This document shows positions 63,070 through 64,000 of a DNA stretch of 64,000 bases, one piece after another. The notes below the pieces were generated by a model. The model worked only from the letters and a program-made list of their open reading frames with translations. It was not told where the DNA came from and made no database searches. The stretch lies in NCBI RefSeq assembly GCF_963921235.1, contig NC_086097.1:161326001-161390000 (forward strand). Direction: 5' to 3'. The DNA is from Mobula hypostoma (Eukaryota). Each line of letters starts with the position of its first letter. The stretch's first letter is position 1. The translations under genes were made by a program, and so were the position numbers.

Positions 63070-64000
63070 AGCATCTCCAAGTTTGCGGATGACACGAAGC
63101 TGGGTGGCAGTGCTAGCTGTGAGGAGGATGCTAAGAGGATGCAGGGTGACTTGGATAGGTTAGGTGAGTGGGCAAATTCATGGCAGATGCAATTTAATGT
63201 GGATAAATGTGAAGTTATCTACTTTGGTGGCAAAAACAGGAAAACAGATTATTATCTGAATGGTGGCCGATTAGGAAAAGGGGAGGTGCAACGAGACCTG
63301 GGTGTCATTATACACCAGTCATTGAAAGTGGGCATGCAGGTACAGCAGGCGGTGAAAAAGGCGAATGGTATGCTGGCATTTATAGCAAGAGGATTCGAGT
63401 ACAGGAGCAGGGAGGTACTACTGCAGTTGTACAAGGCCTTGGTGAGACCACACCTGGAGTATTGTGTGCAGTTTTGGTCCCCTAATCTGAGGAAAGACAT
63501 CCTTGCCATAGAGGGAGTACAAAGAAGGTTCACCAGATTGATTCCTGGGATGGCAGGACTTTCATATGATGAAAGACTGGATGAACTAGGCTTATACTCG
63601 TTGGAATTTAGAAGATTGAGGGGAGATCTGATTGAAATGTATAAAATCCTAAAGGGATTGGACAGGCTAGATGCAGGAAGATTGTTCCCGATGTTGGGGA
63701 AGTCCAGAACGAGGGGTCACAGTTTGAGGATAAAGGGGAAGCCTTTTAGGACCGAGATTAGGAAAAACTTCTTCACACAGAGAGTGGTGAATCTGTGGAA
63801 TTCTCTGCCACAGGAAACAGTTGAGGCCAGTTCATTGGCTATATTTAAGAGGGAGTTAGATATGGCCCTTGTGGCTAAAGGGATCGGGGGTACGGAGGGA
63901 AGGCAGGTACAGGGTTCTGAGTTGGATGATCAGCCATGATCATACTGAATGGCGGTGCAGGCTCGAAGGGCCGAATGGCCTACTCCTGCACCTATTTTCT
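63070..64000 (+). mobile_element. Young CR1 3' fragment, same subfamily as 60431-61350
   Basis: Open frame ISKFADDTKLGG...FFTQRVVNLWNSLP. The 3' UTR runs to the window end. Confidence 0.95.

Noticed and set aside
62959..63939. 326-aa ORF with a hydrophobic signal-like N-terminus
   Set aside because: It is a chimera of the Penelope end, an antisense CR1 piece and a CR1 ORF2 fragment. No evidence of function.

Overview
Eukaryotic, repeat-saturated vertebrate DNA. The CR1/Rex1/Penelope/Gypsy repertoire suggests a cartilaginous fish such as a ray or shark (inference). No intact host gene is recognisable, so the window is probably intronic or intergenic. It holds many CR1 and Rex1/Babar-like LINE fragments, a full-length degenerate Gypsy element (1855-6327), and a nested LTR stack (27429-40681): a PNMA-gag Gypsy containing a bipartite RTE, a solo LTR, a CR1 end and a Gmr1-type element. 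It also holds two Penelope-like insertions with minimal hammerhead ribozymes, Tc1/mariner derivatives and a 34-bp minisatellite. The strongest observation is an internally deleted Gypsy element (about 47820-49523) whose RT-RNaseH-integrase core is replaced by about 170 bp resembling the C-terminal coiled coil of host SH3KBP1/CIN85, an apparent gene-fragment capture. Two further leads are a tRNA-less, self-complementary PBS in the first Gypsy element and a shared AAATGCAA target motif at both Penelope insertions. All calls were made by eye with no database search. Boundaries of degenerate repeats are approximate.
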